64,000 nt of DNA from Bdellovibrio sp. Its GTDB lineage: Bacteria; Bdellovibrionota; Bdellovibrionia; Bdellovibrionales; Bdellovibrionaceae. A program made the translations under genes and the position numbers. Positions within the stretch are counted from its first letter, which is position 1. Each line of letters opens with the position of its first letter. The notes under the pieces were generated by a model. The model saw only the letters and a list, made by a program, of their open reading frames with translations, was not told the DNA's origin and did not search any database. This document shows positions 28,158-38,353 of this stretch, piece by piece. Where the stretch lies: positions 608,001-672,000 of the forward strand of contig JAKFCY010000002.1 of NCBI GenBank assembly GCA_036676395.1, in the 5' to 3' direction.

Positions 28158-29133
28158 AAAAACTGAACACAGCTGCGATGGGCACGGCCATGATCACGGT
28201 CATGACCATAAACACGACCACGGCAATCATCATCACCATCATGTCGATATTCAAAGCGAAGCCGATATTTCGAAAGCTTTTATTATTGGTGGAGTGTTAA
28301 ATTTTATTTTCGTGATTTTTGAATTCACGATTGGTGTTATCACCGGATCAGTTTCATTAATTGCCGATGCTGTTCATAATTTCTCTGATGTGATTTCGTT
28401 ATTCTTATCGTGGATTGGTTTTAAATTAAACAAATCAAAACCTTCGGCGCAATTTACCTACGGCTTAAAAAAGATGTCATTGATGATCGCATTTTTTAAT
28501 TCGATCACTTTGATTTTAAGTTTAATTTACATTATTTACGAAGCCTACCATCGTTTTATCGAGCCACAAGCTGTTGCCGAAGATAAAATTATATTAGTGG
28601 CTGGTCTTGGTATTGGGGTAAATTTTTTATCAGCATTTTTATTTAGAAAAAACCACAGTGATGTAAATATTAAAGGTGCTTATCTGCACTTAATGATGGA
28701 TGCCTTTATTTCATTAGGTGTGGTGATTGCTGGCCTTGGTATTAAGTTTACCGGCTGGGCGGTTCTTGATCCGATTGCAGCCTGTTTAATCGTGATCTTT
28801 ATCGCTAAAGGAACAGTGTCGTTATTGCGTGAGTCTTTTGTATTATTACTTGGAGGCGTGCCGTTAACAATCAATTCAGACCAAGTCAGAAAACAGATTT
28901 TATCTTGCAATGAAGTTTTAGAAATTCACGATTTGCATATCTGGTCATTAAGTTCATCTGAAGTGGCCCTGACAGCACATATTAAAATGAAAGATAAAAA
29001 GCATCCCGGTGATTTATTTTTAAAAAATTTAAATCAAATGCTGCGGGATAAATTTGCTATTTCGCATGTGACCATTCAAATTGAAATCGGTGATTTGGCA
29101 GATGCGGCCTGTGATCTTGATAATAAATGTTAA
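28114..29133 (+). CDS. Cation diffusion facilitator (ZitB/CzcD-like) with His-rich N-terminus
   Basis: ADAVHNFSD, AYLHLMMD, IHDLHIW, HVTIQ; exact start uncertain. Confidence 0.92.
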   Translation: MSQLRMPMLKLRRHKKTEHSCDGHGHDHGHDHKHDHGNHHHHHVDIQSEADISKAFIIGGVLNFIFVIFEFTIGVITGSVSLIADAVHNFSDVISLFLSWIGFKLNKSKPSAQFTYGLKKMSLMIAFFNSITLILSLIYIIYEAYHRFIEPQAVAEDKIILVAGLGIGVNFLSAFLFRKNHSDVNIKGAYLHLMMDAFISLGVVIAGLGIKFTGWAVLDPIAACLIVIFIAKGTVSLLRESFVLLLGGVPLTINSDQVRKQILSCNEVLEIHDLHIWSLSSSEVALTAHIKMKDKKHPGDLFLKNLNQMLRDKFAISHVTIQIEIGDLADAACDLDNKC

Positions 29134-29172
29134 AAAAATAGGTCGATGATTTTTAGTCACCGCCCCATAGTA

Positions 29173-29952
29173 TTATTCAGTGATTATATCGTAAATTGTA
29201 TGAGTCGTTGTTCCTACAAGAAACGTAACTTTAAACTTAGAGTAAGAGTGAAATTTTAAAAATTCGAGTAAATTTTCACACAAGTTTCTATTAACAAAAC
29301 TATACTTACTGCCTTTGCCTAGAATAATTAAAAAAGCAGGTATAGTTGGGTTATTGCCCGTGCCACAGTCGGCAGTGGCTGCTTGGGTCATATCGTCAGC
29401 TTTAGTTTGTAAATTAACTCGCTCGGGATAAGTCGTATTAAGCCGAGCCCAGGTATAAGTTTCAGATTTAAAGATATGACGATCACGACCACCAGTTAGT
29501 GCTAAATAATAAAAATCTTTTTCGGTTAAGCCAGTTGCCGTATATAAAGTACTGCTGAGTTCATAGTTTTTATCTAAACCTGGTTCGCTTAATCCTAAAA
29601 TTTCATGAAACACGATCAAGGCTGATTTGTTTTCAGCAAGCCCTTGGCGTGATTCGCGACACCATTTTTGCGAAAGATAAATACGATTCGCTGCAGGCTC
29701 ATTCATCGCAATATATTGATTGCCCTCGTAGTTAACCATTTCAGTTTGTACTTCGACGATTTCAGCAGTGTTTACTTTTTCTAAAAAGCGATCTGAATCA
29801 AATGCGATTCCATCAACAAGACTGTGAATAACTTTGCCGTAACTGATAAAGTGTTCAACACAAGTATTGCCGCCACCGCGCACGCCAAATGATCCTGAAG
29901 CTAATGTTTGTGCCGTAATTAAAGTAATAAGTAGAAAAACTAATTGTTTCAT
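29173..29952 (-). CDS. Secreted hypothetical protein with Gly-rich mature N-terminus and HEILG motif
   Basis: Signal peptide then SGSFGVRGGGN; start overlaps the upstream regulator's stop by 4 nt. Confidence 0.7.
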   Translation of the reverse strand: MKQLVFLLITLITAQTLASGSFGVRGGGNTCVEHFISYGKVIHSLVDGIAFDSDRFLEKVNTAEIVEVQTEMVNYEGNQYIAMNEPAANRIYLSQKWCRESRQGLAENKSALIVFHEILGLSEPGLDKNYELSSTLYTATGLTEKDFYYLALTGGRDRHIFKSETYTWARLNTTYPERVNLQTKADDMTQAATADCGTGNNPTIPAFLIILGKGSKYSFVNRNLCENLLEFLKFHSYSKFKVTFLVGTTTHTIYDIITE

Positions 29953-30767
29953 AAATTTCCTGAAGTGACTTTAAAGAGCTGAATTCCTAAAGTGTATACG
30001 CTGTTTTTAATTTTTGCTTCGTGTGATAAAGCCGTAATGCGGTTGAAACATTCTTCGATGATGCCTTCAGCTTCTTTAACCTGAGCTGAGTCAAGAATGA
30101 TAGTTTCTGTTCCAACAATACGATCTTGCATTGGTAAATTGTCGATCGCCCATTTTGAACGATCTAACATCTGTTTGTAGAACGCGCGAATTGAAGTGCT
30201 TGGTGTTGCTGATTGTAAAAGGTGTGAGCAGTTTTCACTGCGCATGTATTTGTTGTCTGCAAATTTGATGAGTCCAGCTTGGCTTAAATTTGCTAAAATT
30301 TTATCCGCTTCGTCAGCTTCTAAGTTTAAAAGTTTAGTTAAACCGGCAGCGTTTATGCTTGAGTGTGCGCCAGACATTAACACCAGCGTAGAAATATGAT
30401 TCAAATCTAAAATTTTATCGAAATTAATGCTGTCGACTTTTTTACGACGGTGAGAGTGCGCCAAGCCGTTAAGCTTTTTTTGAATTTTATCGATCTTTAA
30501 ATTATCTGTTTCATGAGTAACCTGAATCATGCCCGTTAAATATTCGACTTCAGTTGCTGACAAGTCTAACCATTCAGCAACTTTTAAAGCGGTATCAACT
30601 GACAAATGTTTTTTCTTATTCATCACAGTTGATAAATAGGCTGGTGACAGATCCATTTTGTAAGCAACAGATCTTAGCGAAATTTTACGTGCGCTGTCTT
30701 CTTGTTTTTTAGAAATGGCATCGCGAACGTACACACGGTAATCGTCGTATTGAAAAATATTTGTCAT
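29949..30767 (-). CDS. TIGR02147-family (HTH + DUF4423-like) putative regulator
   Basis: IFQYDDYR, SLRSVA..MDLSPAYLS HTH, IRAFYKQML, VY.LGIQLF. Confidence 0.8.
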   Translation of the reverse strand: MTNIFQYDDYRVYVRDAISKKQEDSARKISLRSVAYKMDLSPAYLSTVMNKKKHLSVDTALKVAEWLDLSATEVEYLTGMIQVTHETDNLKIDKIQKKLNGLAHSHRRKKVDSINFDKILDLNHISTLVLMSGAHSSINAAGLTKLLNLEADEADKILANLSQAGLIKFADNKYMRSENCSHLLQSATPSTSIRAFYKQMLDRSKWAIDNLPMQDRIVGTETIILDSAQVKEAEGIIEECFNRITALSHEAKIKNSVYTLGIQLFKVTSGNL

Positions 30768-30776
30768 AGTTGGCGC

Positions 30777-30804
30777 ATAATATAAGAGCGGAAACCCTTG
30801 TCAA
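30777..30804 (-). promoter_or_regulatory. sigma70-type promoter for the TIGR02147 gene (near-leaderless)
   Basis: TTGACA-N16-TATTAT, 9 nt from the ATG, no SD. Confidence 0.65.
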
Positions 30805-31125
30805 TAGCGACAAGGCGGGGATTTTCATTACTGTTTACAAGGGTAAACTAAGGCGTTTTTGCTCTCACTTGGTTTTCATTTTACTGCTGGATGCTTGGAT
30901 ATTGGGCTCTTTCGGGCCGTAAATGATTCAAACCTCAGACACACTTTTTGTCTCAATTGAAGATAATACCAACTAAGAGCTTAAAAAAAACACTGCCACA
31001 AAGATCGAGTTGTCTCAATATAGCTCGATCTGGGCGATCTCGGTCGATTTGATTGCCGGACTCGAGTAAACAAATATAGCCTGCTTAGCCGCTGTCTCAG
31101 TAAACAGAAATAATTGAGCTACTAT

Positions 31126-31152
31126 TCATTCGATCAATGTTTAATCCGATAA
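31126..31152 (+). promoter_or_regulatory. sigma28/FliA-like promoter of fibre gene 1
   Basis: TCATT-N14-TCCGATAA, 7 nt before GTG 31160. Confidence 0.55.
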
Positions 31153-31159
31153 AGGTACT

Positions 31160-34100
31160 GTGAATACCAATCTGTTGTATGTTTATCTACTATTCAGTTC
31201 TCTTTTTGCAACATCAGCATTTGCCATTCCTGGATTAACGACTTATCAGGCTCGAATTATTCAACCAAATGGTGTGCCCTTAGAATCAAACGGCGTAAGT
31301 TTTCGTTTTACAATTTTAAATCCTGTAGAAAATTGCATTCTTTATGTCGAAGATCACAATGCGATTAACATGAATAACACCAGTGGGTTAGTTACGTTTT
31401 CGCTGGGAAGCGGAACAAAAATTTATCCAACTTCTGGCACACTTACTTTTCAAGATGTATTCAATAACTCATCTGCACCGTTAGCGTGTCAGGCGAGTGG
31501 AACTTACGGGCCTGGTGCAAACGATGTTCGTAAAATCGTGATGCAGTTTAACGATAGCAACGGTTGGCAAACATTACCAGCCATGAGTATCAATGCGGTT
31601 CCGTATGCGATGTTTGCGACAGATGCGCAAAAACTTGGAGGCGTGAGTGCCACAAGTTACGTTAATTACAGCGCGATTCCAACGTGTACAGCTTCGCAAG
31701 CGCTGCAATACACGGGTTCAGGTTTTCTTTGCATCACCGCAGGTGGTGGTAGTGCGTCGGGAACAATCACAGCCGGTGATATTACAACAGCGCTGGGTTA
31801 CACCCCGGCAGATGCAGCCACATTATCAGCTTCATATACAACAGTCGCTGCGTCGTATTCGACAGTGACAGCTACAGTTTCTACTTTAAGTACAGAAGTT
31901 GCAAGTTTAGCGGCACTTGTTTCTGGCACTTCAAATTTTTCAAGTTTAGATTTAGGTTCGGTAAGTGCTACAGGTATTTTAGCTGAAGCGCGCTTACCAA
32001 GTTTTGCAAATGTAACAAGTGGATCACAATACACAAAAGTAACTGTCGATGGCAAAGGCCGCATAACAAGTGGCGCACAACTGTCAACGGCAGATGTAAC
32101 GACAGCATTAGGTTACACTCCAGCAAGTGCATCAGCTTCTTCGCAATGGGCGACAAGTGGAACATCAATTAATTATATGACAGGCTATGTAGGTATCGGG
32201 ACAGCTTCGCCTTTACAAAGTTTTTCTGTAAGTGGTATCGGCATAGTGACAGGTAATTATGGCAGCGGCGAAGATTTAGTTGTCAGCGGCGAAGGATCAA
32301 GAATGTTTTTCTATCCTAAAAAAGCTGCTTTTCGTGCAGGCTATGTCGGAAACGACGAATGGGATGATACTAATATCGGTGAATCCAGCGTAGCCATAGG
32401 TGATAGTTCGATCGCCACAGGCTATGGAGCTGTTGCTTTAGGTGCAGGAACCCTTGCGAGTGGTACCAATTCTGTAGCCCTAGGTAAATACAGCCAAGCG
32501 CTTGGAGATAGATCAACTGCTTTTGGTGAAGCACAAGCCGTCGGCGATTTAAGTACAGCTTTTGATAGCAGTTACGCCGAAGGAATGTATAGCATTGCCA
32601 TGGGAAGCAGTAGTGCAAATGCTGATCGCGCTATAGCTATGGGATCATCAGCAAATGCAGATGGTGAATCAAGTGTTGCTATCGGCCAGTCAATTCATAG
32701 TAGAGCTTACAGATCTGTAGCGGTCGGCAGTTACAATGTCGGAGCGGGAAGCGGAACTGCATGGGTGGCGACAGATCCGATTTTTGAAGTTGGTAATAGT
32801 CAAAATGGATCTCCCCGCAGCAATGCAATGACCATTCTAAAAAATGGCAACATTGGTATTGGCATATTTGCACCAGTTACAAAATTAGAAGTCAGTGGCG
32901 GTGTAAAAATCAGTATGGAAGCTGCGGCGTGTGCTGTAAGTTACGCGGGTACTTTACGTTATAATTCAGGTAACGTTGAATATTGTAATGGCACTTCGTG
33001 GGCAGCGTTCAGTACAGGTGGTGCTGTAACAAGTGCATCCATTGCAGCAGCATTAAGTTATACTCCAGCTAATCAATCAACAGTAGCGACATCATTTACA
33101 ACTCTAACGAATTCAGTGAATATCGCGGGAACTTCGATGACTACATTAACTAGTACAGTTAATAATTTATCAACTTCATTTACAAACTTAGCAGCTGCAG
33201 TTTCTGGAATCGCAACAGGTGCTAAAGTGGCGCGCGTTGCAACGACCGCCAATATCGTGCTGTCAGGTTTGCAAACGATTGATACGATTGTTACCTTAGT
33301 CGCCGGTGATCGCGTTTTAGTTAAGAACCAATCAGCCCAAGCTAATAATGGACTTTATATTGCCGCAGCCGGTGCATGGACCCGTGCTCCTGAACTTGAT
33401 ACTTGGCAAGAAGTGTTGGGTGCCGAAGTTTACGTTGCCGATGGTCTTTCAAACCAAGGTATAGCCTATATGGTGAATACCTCGGTCTTATCTGGTACAT
33501 TGAATACAACGAGTATCCAATGGACTACGCGTGGAGCAAACTGGTTTAACGGTAACATTGGTTTTGGCTTGAGTGCACTTGCTAAAAATATTTCGGGTTT
33601 CGACAATGCGGCTTTCGGTAATTATTCTTTATCAGTAGCGACCACGGGGTCTGAAAATACCGGCGTCGGTAATTATACTTTTGAAGATTTAACAACTGGT
33701 GGCAAAAATACAGCTGTCGGTACTTCGGCGATGGGCGGCGTATCTTCAGGGTCTTTAAACACAGCACTTGGTTATAGAGCTCTAGCAAGCGTAGGAACCG
33801 GCGATGGTAATATCGGTATCGGTGCGAATGCCGGCTGGTTGATCACGACCGGATCTAACAATGTCGTCATCGGTTCAAATACCGGAGCAGCAATTGCGAC
33901 ATCATCAAATAATATTCTTTTAGCTGATGGCCAAGGTAATGAACGCATGCGCATTACTTCTAGCGGCGCCGTTGGTTTTGGAACAACAACACCTACAGCA
34001 GGATTAGAAGTTTCTGGTGGAGTTAAACTTAGCGGTACGATAGCTACATTAGATATTCCTTTAACGACATCAACTACCGGTTACATCACGATGAATAGTG

Positions 34101-37100
34101 AGCGGTTACTACATGCTTCTGAAGATTATAGTATTTTCTTAGGAAGAGGCGCCGGTAATCTTGCCGGTACGGGTGTACAGGATACAGGTATCGGTCATAA
34201 GGCACTTAAGAGCATAACTTTAGGGTATCAAAACGTGGCGGTCGGTGATTTTGCAATGGCTGATATGACCATCGGCGGAGAAAACACCGCCATCGGTTCA
34301 GAAGCTTTAACTAACTCGGTCAGTGGTAATGCCAATGTTGCAGTAGGTATTCAAGCTCTAATGAATAATACTAGTAACGAAAATACTGTTGTTGGGGCTT
34401 ATGCTCTTAATAGAACTGGTAATGGTTCTAAAAATACTGGATCTGGTTATGCTGTCTTTAATATGCTGACGACAGGATCGAATAACGTTGCAGCCGGATG
34501 GATGGCGTTAAGAAACGTGACTACGGGAAGTTCTAATATCGGTATTGGTTATAATGCCGGTACAAATCTTACAACTGGTTCTGGTAATGTGGTTATCGGT
34601 GCGAACACAGGTGCAAGCTTTGCGACTGAATCAAATAATATTTCTTTTAATGATGGCGTTGGCAATGAAAGAATTCGTGTCGTTAGTTCAGGCTTAGTGG
34701 GTATCGGCCTCTCAACTCCAGTCACAAAATTAGATGTATCGGGTGCGATTCGTATCAGTATGGATTCGGCAACGTGTGCGACAAGTTATGCCGGAGCGAT
34801 TCGCTACAATGCCGGAAATATGCAATTGTGTAACGGCACAACGTGGGCAAGTTTAGGCGGAGAAGTGACCAGCGCATCAGTGGTTTCGGCATTAGGCTAC
34901 ACGCCGGCCGCCAGTGGATCAGGGTCATCGCAGTGGACGACATCATCAACGACCATCAGTTATATGTCTGGTAATGTCGGTATCGGCATCGCTAATCCGA
35001 CAAATCCATTACATGTTGTCGGCAATCAACTTTTAGAAGGTCATCTGTTATTAAGAACCGGCAATATCTATATGGATAATAACCATGGCATCCGGGCTAA
35101 AAATGCCGCCGGCACAGAAGACCGTGATATCTTGATTATGTCGTCTTCGAATCAATTACATCTTATGAATAACACCGATGGTGACGGTGGTGATATTATT
35201 TTTAATTCAAAAGCCGGTGGTGTCGAGTCAATGCGTATTACGCCTGCCGGTCATGTCGGTATCGGCACCGGATCACCGGCTGCGCGCTTAGCGATTGAAG
35301 GAACTGGCGCAGTTGGTTTACAAATTAAAACCACAGGCGCAGGCGCAGCCGATACTTTTAATCTGGTTAATGATATGGATGCGACTGGTAATTTCTGGTT
35401 CGCAAAAGGATCATCGAACACAGTTCCGACAAGTCCAAATCGTTTAATGAATATAACGAATTGGGGTAATGTAGAAATTTTCGGCCAAGAAGTAAATAAC
35501 ACGAATGATAATTCAGGAATATTATCTCTTAAAACTCAAGCTAGTGCAGATGGTGGCCAAAGAAATGAAGTGTCATTAGAATTTTATGGCGATCGTACAG
35601 ATTTAAACACGCTGTCGGGGTATTTGGGCTATGAAAGTAACACGACATTTGATTTAACATTGATGAATAGTAAAAACGGAAAATTAATTCTTGGAACTTC
35701 AAATACCGCGGCCGTAACGATCACATCTGCGAGCGCTGTGGGTATAGGTACGACTACGCCAGACAGTGCGCTCACAATTAATTCGAATAACACTAAAACG
35801 ACTTTGCATCTTACAGCAATGGGTGGTGGTGGATATCTTAGTGCTCGCGGCAATACCTCTCAGCTAGATGTGTTTGGTGGCTATGAATATGACTTAGCTG
35901 CAGCTAATTACAAGGCTCGTGCAACAGCCGCTGCCGGCGTAGAGTTCAATGCCGGCACTTTTCGCGCATACACCAATTCAGGTCTAACAAGTGGAAACAC
36001 ATTCACTCCTACTGAACGCCTGCGTATCGATACAAGCGGCAATGTCGGTATCGGCACGAGTTCTCCTGGCTATCTTTTGGATGTAAATGGAAATTCGGCA
36101 TTGAGAGGAACGGTTTTAGGAAATGCCTATGGTATTTTAGCAGTGGGAACGGCTCCAAATAATGGGTTTTATTCGCCTGCCACAAATAGATTGGCATTCA
36201 CCGCTAACGGCACTGAAGCGATGAGAATCGATTACACAGGTAACGTCGGTATTGGTACGGCAAGTCCTACTTATAAACTTCACGTGAATGGTACATTTTA
36301 CTCTGGTGCAGCCACTGTCGAAAGTCTCACTTCCGCAGGGCAAATTAAAACAGCTCATTCAACAGCTACAATGACAGATTTTAATAATGCAGGAATTGTT
36401 TTCAATAATGGAAGCAGTAGTTACTCAGGAATTGGCTGGGCAGGAATTTCGGCATTCAATTCATTTTTAGGGCGTCGGGTTGGCGGAGACGACATTATTT
36501 TTGGTACATTAGCGGGCGGGCCTATCGTTGAACGAGTTCGATTTTCAATGGCAGGGCTGGATGTGACAGGAAGTATGACAGCTACTGGCAACGTCGGGAT
36601 CGGTACAACCACGCCGCTAGCAAAATTGCATATTGATACTGGTATAAGTACGACGAGTTACACAGGTATTAAACTTCAAAATGCATTTAAAACTTGGACG
36701 ATCGGTAATAATGTTCCAAACAATTATAATAATATTTTTTCTATTTTTGATGGAACTACATCACGGTTATGGATTGGCGACACGGGTAATGTGGGTATCG
36801 GTGTGATAAACCCATCTTACAGGCTTGATGTAAGTGGTACGATCAGAGGCTTCGGAATCACAGACTCATCTGATATTCGGTTGAAAAAAGATATTGAACC
36901 ATTGGATTTGAGTTTAGAAAAGATATTAAAAGTTAAAGGTGTAAGTTATTACTGGATAGACAAATCAATGCCAAAAAAACAGATTGGTTTTGTCGCTCAG
37001 GATTTAGAAAAAATTTATCCAGAACTGGTTGAAACTGACAACAAAGGTATGAAGTCAGTGAACTATTCACATTTAGTGGCTCCTGTCGTTGAGGCTGTTA

Positions 37101-37261
37101 AATCGCTGTATGAAAAAGTTATGGTGCTATTTGACCGCAACGAACAGCTTGCGCGCGAAGTGGCCGCTGTTAAAGCCGAAAACGCTGAAAAAACAAAACA
37201 GTTAAATGATATTCGAGCTTATTTGTGTTCGAAAGATCCAAACGCGCCGATGTGTAAATAG
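31160..37261 (+). CDS. Mosaic trimeric fibre adhesin (MAT-like) with C-terminal peptidase S74 chaperone
   Basis: Signal peptide, TYQARII.P.G N-domain, ALGYTPA and GNVGIGT repeats, YadA-like and NTAVG..AL repeats, SDIRLKKDI...IGFVAQD, terminal coiled coil. Confidence 0.9.
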   Translation: MNTNLLYVYLLFSSLFATSAFAIPGLTTYQARIIQPNGVPLESNGVSFRFTILNPVENCILYVEDHNAINMNNTSGLVTFSLGSGTKIYPTSGTLTFQDVFNNSSAPLACQASGTYGPGANDVRKIVMQFNDSNGWQTLPAMSINAVPYAMFATDAQKLGGVSATSYVNYSAIPTCTASQALQYTGSGFLCITAGGGSASGTITAGDITTALGYTPADAATLSASYTTVAASYSTVTATVSTLSTEVASLAALVSGTSNFSSLDLGSVSATGILAEARLPSFANVTSGSQYTKVTVDGKGRITSGAQLSTADVTTALGYTPASASASSQWATSGTSINYMTGYVGIGTASPLQSFSVSGIGIVTGNYGSGEDLVVSGEGSRMFFYPKKAAFRAGYVGNDEWDDTNIGESSVAIGDSSIATGYGAVALGAGTLASGTNSVALGKYSQALGDRSTAFGEAQAVGDLSTAFDSSYAEGMYSIAMGSSSANADRAIAMGSSANADGESSVAIGQSIHSRAYRSVAVGSYNVGAGSGTAWVATDPIFEVGNSQNGSPRSNAMTILKNGNIGIGIFAPVTKLEVSGGVKISMEAAACAVSYAGTLRYNSGNVEYCNGTSWAAFSTGGAVTSASIAAALSYTPANQSTVATSFTTLTNSVNIAGTSMTTLTSTVNNLSTSFTNLAAAVSGIATGAKVARVATTANIVLSGLQTIDTIVTLVAGDRVLVKNQSAQANNGLYIAAAGAWTRAPELDTWQEVLGAEVYVADGLSNQGIAYMVNTSVLSGTLNTTSIQWTTRGANWFNGNIGFGLSALAKNISGFDNAAFGNYSLSVATTGSENTGVGNYTFEDLTTGGKNTAVGTSAMGGVSSGSLNTALGYRALASVGTGDGNIGIGANAGWLITTGSNNVVIGSNTGAAIATSSNNILLADGQGNERMRITSSGAVGFGTTTPTAGLEVSGGVKLSGTIATLDIPLTTSTTGYITMNSERLLHASEDYSIFLGRGAGNLAGTGVQDTGIGHKALKSITLGYQNVAVGDFAMADMTIGGENTAIGSEALTNSVSGNANVAVGIQALMNNTSNENTVVGAYALNRTGNGSKNTGSGYAVFNMLTTGSNNVAAGWMALRNVTTGSSNIGIGYNAGTNLTTGSGNVVIGANTGASFATESNNISFNDGVGNERIRVVSSGLVGIGLSTPVTKLDVSGAIRISMDSATCATSYAGAIRYNAGNMQLCNGTTWASLGGEVTSASVVSALGYTPAASGSGSSQWTTSSTTISYMSGNVGIGIANPTNPLHVVGNQLLEGHLLLRTGNIYMDNNHGIRAKNAAGTEDRDILIMSSSNQLHLMNNTDGDGGDIIFNSKAGGVESMRITPAGHVGIGTGSPAARLAIEGTGAVGLQIKTTGAGAADTFNLVNDMDATGNFWFAKGSSNTVPTSPNRLMNITNWGNVEIFGQEVNNTNDNSGILSLKTQASADGGQRNEVSLEFYGDRTDLNTLSGYLGYESNTTFDLTLMNSKNGKLILGTSNTAAVTITSASAVGIGTTTPDSALTINSNNTKTTLHLTAMGGGGYLSARGNTSQLDVFGGYEYDLAAANYKARATAAAGVEFNAGTFRAYTNSGLTSGNTFTPTERLRIDTSGNVGIGTSSPGYLLDVNGNSALRGTVLGNAYGILAVGTAPNNGFYSPATNRLAFTANGTEAMRIDYTGNVGIGTASPTYKLHVNGTFYSGAATVESLTSAGQIKTAHSTATMTDFNNAGIVFNNGSSSYSGIGWAGISAFNSFLGRRVGGDDIIFGTLAGGPIVERVRFSMAGLDVTGSMTATGNVGIGTTTPLAKLHIDTGISTTSYTGIKLQNAFKTWTIGNNVPNNYNNIFSIFDGTTSRLWIGDTGNVGIGVINPSYRLDVSGTIRGFGITDSSDIRLKKDIEPLDLSLEKILKVKGVSYYWIDKSMPKKQIGFVAQDLEKIYPELVETDNKGMKSVNYSHLVAPVVEAVKSLYEKVMVLFDRNEQLAREVAAVKAENAEKTKQLNDIRAYLCSKDPNAPMCK

Positions 37262-37268
37262 TAAATAG

Positions 37269-38126
37269 TTAACAATCTGAAGAGTTCTCGATGACTTCTG
37301 AAACCGATAGAAGCTGTTGGTTAAGTCTGTAGACCTTTTTACCCGCGATGCTTTTTTCGTTAAATATTGCTACCATCTGACTGTTAAAATCTTGAATTAG
37401 TTCTTGAGCCTTTTGGAATTGTTCAGCAGACAGAGCCATGAATGCTGAATAGAGCTTTCTGTTTTCTGTTGGCCCGTGAATAGCCTCTTGGGCTTGTTTG
37501 AGTCCTTCTGCATGGAAAGTCCGGATATACGAGTTGCCAGGGCTGGAAGGAATTTTAAAAAACTCATTCTCTGTGTGATAGATAATGCGGCCGTCTTCTT
37601 TAACCTCTCCCGATACAAGCTTTTGCCAGAGCAGGCACTTCAAGGCGTTCTTAATTCGCTCCACCGAGCAGCAAAAATCTTGAGCCCATTTTTCTAAATC
37701 AGAAGAGGAGTCATCAAAACTCAGATAAGTAAACAGCTGAGGCACTAAAGGGTCGCTTAAAAAAGCTGAGATATCCTGGATCGCCGTTTCTTGTAGATTG
37801 CGAGACCAGCGACCATAGATTTCTCTTAAATATAACGCGCGCATTGAGTCTGTAGTCGCAATTTGGTAGTTCACCAATAGGGTTAGGTAGCTCACTTCGC
37901 CTTCACTTAGCTGTAAGCCTTTAATAAGGGCTGGGATAATCGAATGAGTTGGTGGCTTTTCGCCTAATACTAAATAGCGCAAATAAGAGCGACTTTTTAT
38001 TCCCATTTCGCCGGCCCAAGTTTCATAAGAAAAATTCCCCTCCGTGCTCTTACGATACTTGTAAAGGGCTTTGAGGAATTCAGGAAGGTCGCGGTAGTCA
38101 TAAACTTTTGGTTTTGGTGCTATCAT
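37269..38126 (-). CDS. TIGR02147-family (HTH + DUF4423-like) putative regulator
   Basis: PKVYDYRD..EFL, FSYETWA..MGIKSRSYL, IRTFH, VYRLNQQL. Confidence 0.8.
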   Translation of the reverse strand: MIAPKPKVYDYRDLPEFLKALYKYRKSTEGNFSYETWAGEMGIKSRSYLRYLVLGEKPPTHSIIPALIKGLQLSEGEVSYLTLLVNYQIATTDSMRALYLREIYGRWSRNLQETAIQDISAFLSDPLVPQLFTYLSFDDSSSDLEKWAQDFCCSVERIKNALKCLLWQKLVSGEVKEDGRIIYHTENEFFKIPSSPGNSYIRTFHAEGLKQAQEAIHGPTENRKLYSAFMALSAEQFQKAQELIQDFNSQMVAIFNEKSIAGKKVYRLNQQLLSVSEVIENSSDC

Positions 38127-38269
38127 ATCTGCATCGTAGCAAGGTCATTTATTCTTGGGACGTCCAGTTTTTTGTTCTCTAAAAAAGAACGAGTGCTCAA
38201 ATTTGCAGTTACTGTCTACGGGGTACACACAGAGTTCACATAGAATCAATACAGCGCCTCTTGCGAAGA

Positions 38270-38285
38270 TGGCATGCCTAATGCA
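38270..38285 (+). promoter_or_regulatory. sigma54 -24/-12 promoter candidate
   Basis: TGGCATGCCTAATGCA with GG-N10-GC spacing, upstream of a secreted-protein gene. Confidence 0.55.
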
Positions 38286-38353
38286 AAAGCATTTAATCAA
38301 ATTAAACAATCGCTGCCAGATCGCTTCCTCTGGAAAAAACTAAGGAGACTCTC

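Noticed and set aside
30833..30848. LexA box
   Set aside because: The palindrome is TTAC-N4-GTAA, while the Bdellovibrio LexA site as I recall it has an N3 spacer; the neighbours are not SOS genes
31160..37261. Prophage or diversity-generating retroelement target
   Set aside because: No capsid, terminase, integrase or reverse transcriptase in the window; the fibre has a signal peptide and a host-type promoter
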